DNA of 64,000 nucleotides from positions 15,808 to 79,807 of the forward strand of contig CAMJXE010000002.1 in the NCBI GenBank assembly GCA_946409645.1, read 5' to 3'. Both the position numbers and the translations under genes were made by a program. Below, one piece after another: positions 62,639 through 64,000 of the stretch; the stretch's first letter is position 1; the number at the start of each line of letters is the position of its first letter. The notes beneath the pieces were generated by a model that ran no database searches, had not been told where the DNA came from, and was given only the letters and a program-made list of their open reading frames with translations. This DNA comes from an uncultured Bacteroidales bacterium (GTDB lineage: Bacteria > Bacteroidota > Bacteroidia > Bacteroidales > WCHB1-69).

Positions 62639-64000
62639 TCAATTGTCAAATAATCGCGGAACCGGCATTACGTACAAATCTTCCAGTTTGCGGGGACGGT
62701 AAAGTTCCAACCAGCGGAAGCCCTGGAGTTTACGGTCTTCATTTCCTAATTTTTCATCGGGATATACCTGACCATTGGGAGCATCAAAGTAGCGAATCTG
62801 ACGTATATGATTGCTATCCAGATAAATACGCATTTCACTGGTGATGGAAGTGTTGATTCCGATGAGAGTGCTGTCCTCTTCTTGTACATAATAGACACAT
62901 TCGGCATTTCCTATGATATCCACTCGTTGCAGGCTCTTGTCTTCCATGAATCCTTTGATTTTCAGTCCTTTGATCTGATTGAATTCGCTATCTTCGAACA
63001 GCCCGCCAACAATGAACCCGGATTTGCAGAGTTCAATAGTGGAGTGAGTGGAATCGAGGATGCAGAACCTCACAGTGTCACCGGAGAGTTGGTAATTTTG
63101 GGACCAAAAAACGGGGTTGTAATACATCATCAACAATGAGTCGGAGACGTTGTAAGACATCGAATCGCAGGCACCCTGGATATTCTTATGTTGGAATTTA
63201 GTGTGGAAATAGGCGCGTATTAAGGTAGGATTAGAGGCAGTGTCGAAATCGACCTTGAGGGTGTCGCAGTGCAGGAACAAAGTGTCATTATTGTCATCAA
63301 TATAGATGAGCAGATTGCTGTCGGTGGCAATGGATGTGCCCCCTTCTTCATGGTGCTCAAGGTAATTACCTTTGACAATGATGTTATTGGCGGTGTCGAT
63401 GAAACTGGCGTTGTTCCAAGCCCTTCCAAAACGCAGAACTTTGTCATAATAGAGACTGTCGGCGTAAAGTTGTTGCTTGTCGCCGATGAGTTGCACGTTG
63501 CCGTGAAGTATGGAGATGTCCGCTTGGGTGTTGTAAAGCCCGTTTTCAGCAAAAATGGTATTTTCCTTACTGACCAGATGCGTGGGGGAGATGAAATAGG
63601 CGATCTTGGAAGATGCGTTGTAACGCAATGAATCACAATCCATTGTGTAACTATTACTGCGCAACAGGACCTCTTCATGCAGATAGGCGTCATCCGTGTT
63701 GGTGTAGTATTTGCCGATGACACTGGTAAGTGTGTCGTCTTCATTGAAAATCTGACCGCCAGTGAGATAGTAGCCACAGTCGGTGTTGAGGTCGTAGAAC
63801 AGACTGTCGGCCAGCAAGTAAGATTTGCCGTTTTCGAGTCGCACCCGCCCGAAAATTATCGCCTGACGGACATCGCCGTCGTAGGTGACGCGTTGACCGA
63901 ACAGATATACGGAATCACTGATGACAAAGCGCACGGGATTGCCGAAAGCGATAATATAATCATCTGCCTCATAGAGATATGCGCTGTCGCAATAGCCTAC
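62639..64000 (-). CDS. OstA/LptD-N-terminal-like repeat protein, 5' end beyond window edge (family tentative)
   Basis: The track start at 63934 is GTG. By hand translation the frame stays open to base 64000 (...VGYCDSAYLYEADDYIIAFGNPVRFV...). Repetitive beta-strand-rich sequence of the OstA-like type. Confidence 0.55.
   Translation of the reverse strand, partial: VGYCDSAYLYEADDYIIAFGNPVRFVISDSVYLFGQRVTYDGDVRQAIIFGRVRLENGKSYLLADSLFYDLNTDCGYYLTGGQIFNEDDTLTSVIGKYYTNTDDAYLHEEVLLRSNSYTMDCDSLRYNASSKIAYFISPTHLVSKENTIFAENGLYNTQADISILHGNVQLIGDKQQLYADSLYYDKVLRFGRAWNNASFIDTANNIIVKGNYLEHHEEGGTSIATDSNLLIYIDDNNDTLFLHCDTLKVDFDTASNPTLIRAYFHTKFQHKNIQGACDSMSYNVSDSLLMMYYNPVFWSQNYQLSGDTVRFCILDSTHSTIELCKSGFIVGGLFEDSEFNQIKGLKIKGFMEDKSLQRVDIIGNAECVYYVQEEDSTLIGINTSITSEMRIYLDSNHIRQIRYFDAPNGQVYPDEKLGNEDRKLQGFRWLELYRPRKLEDLYVMPVPRLFDN

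Noticed and set aside
1771-63934. Several ORF-track start positions (1771, 4127, 10981, 24016, 26799, 32641, 34278, 56941, 59836, 63934)
   Set aside because: These are TTG/GTG or over-extended starts, some lying inside -7 boxes or upstream genes. In-frame ATGs that yield canonical signal peptides or family-typical N-termini were preferred. The track start at 63934 is an internal GTG of a gene that continues past the window edge.

Overview
64-kb chromosomal window that looks like a Bacteroidota (Bacteroidales-like) genome. The evidence is four proteins ending in T9SS C-terminal sorting domains, TAnnTTTG (-7 box) promoter motifs before most genes, and the conserved gene order bamD, rpoZ-like, coaBC, DUF4835, recN. 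I support about 45 CDS. I found no rRNA, tRNA or CRISPR array. Housekeeping genes: dprA, PBP1A, bamD, coaBC, recN, murG, comM/yifB, a dus-family gene, uvrC. Accessory content, in window order: (1) Two tandem T9SS mega-proteins: a ~3,718-aa ORF built from 13 repeated modules and an ~899-aa paralog. A membrane-anchored LytTR regulator is transcribed divergently from them. (2) A ~1.8-kb patch of selfish DNA at the 3' end of comM. It holds a four-helix-bundle gene between 24-bp inverted repeats, a three-segment mini-copy of comM that differs from the intact gene almost only at synonymous sites, a frameshifted IS200-like/RAYT-type transposase, and a ~560-bp array of GC-rich hairpin (REP-like) repeats. 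(3) A lipid-type gene cluster: Spt-like alpha-oxoamine synthase, SDR, GNAT-like acyltransferase, dedicated ACP, acyl-AMP/ACP ligase and methyltransferase. A second GNAT-like+SDR pair lies 10 kb away. (4) A hemerythrin-like gene and an atypical LuxR-type regulator, followed by a DUF3857/transglutaminase - polytopic membrane - DUF3857 set. A ~96-bp repeated structured element separates these genes. (5) A DUF975 / GT2 / large polytopic membrane protein operon. Many intergenic regions in the window consist of 7-8-nt tandem repeats, including a (TTTAGGG)n-like tract, and several of these abut start codons. All family assignments come from motif recognition by eye. No database search was run.
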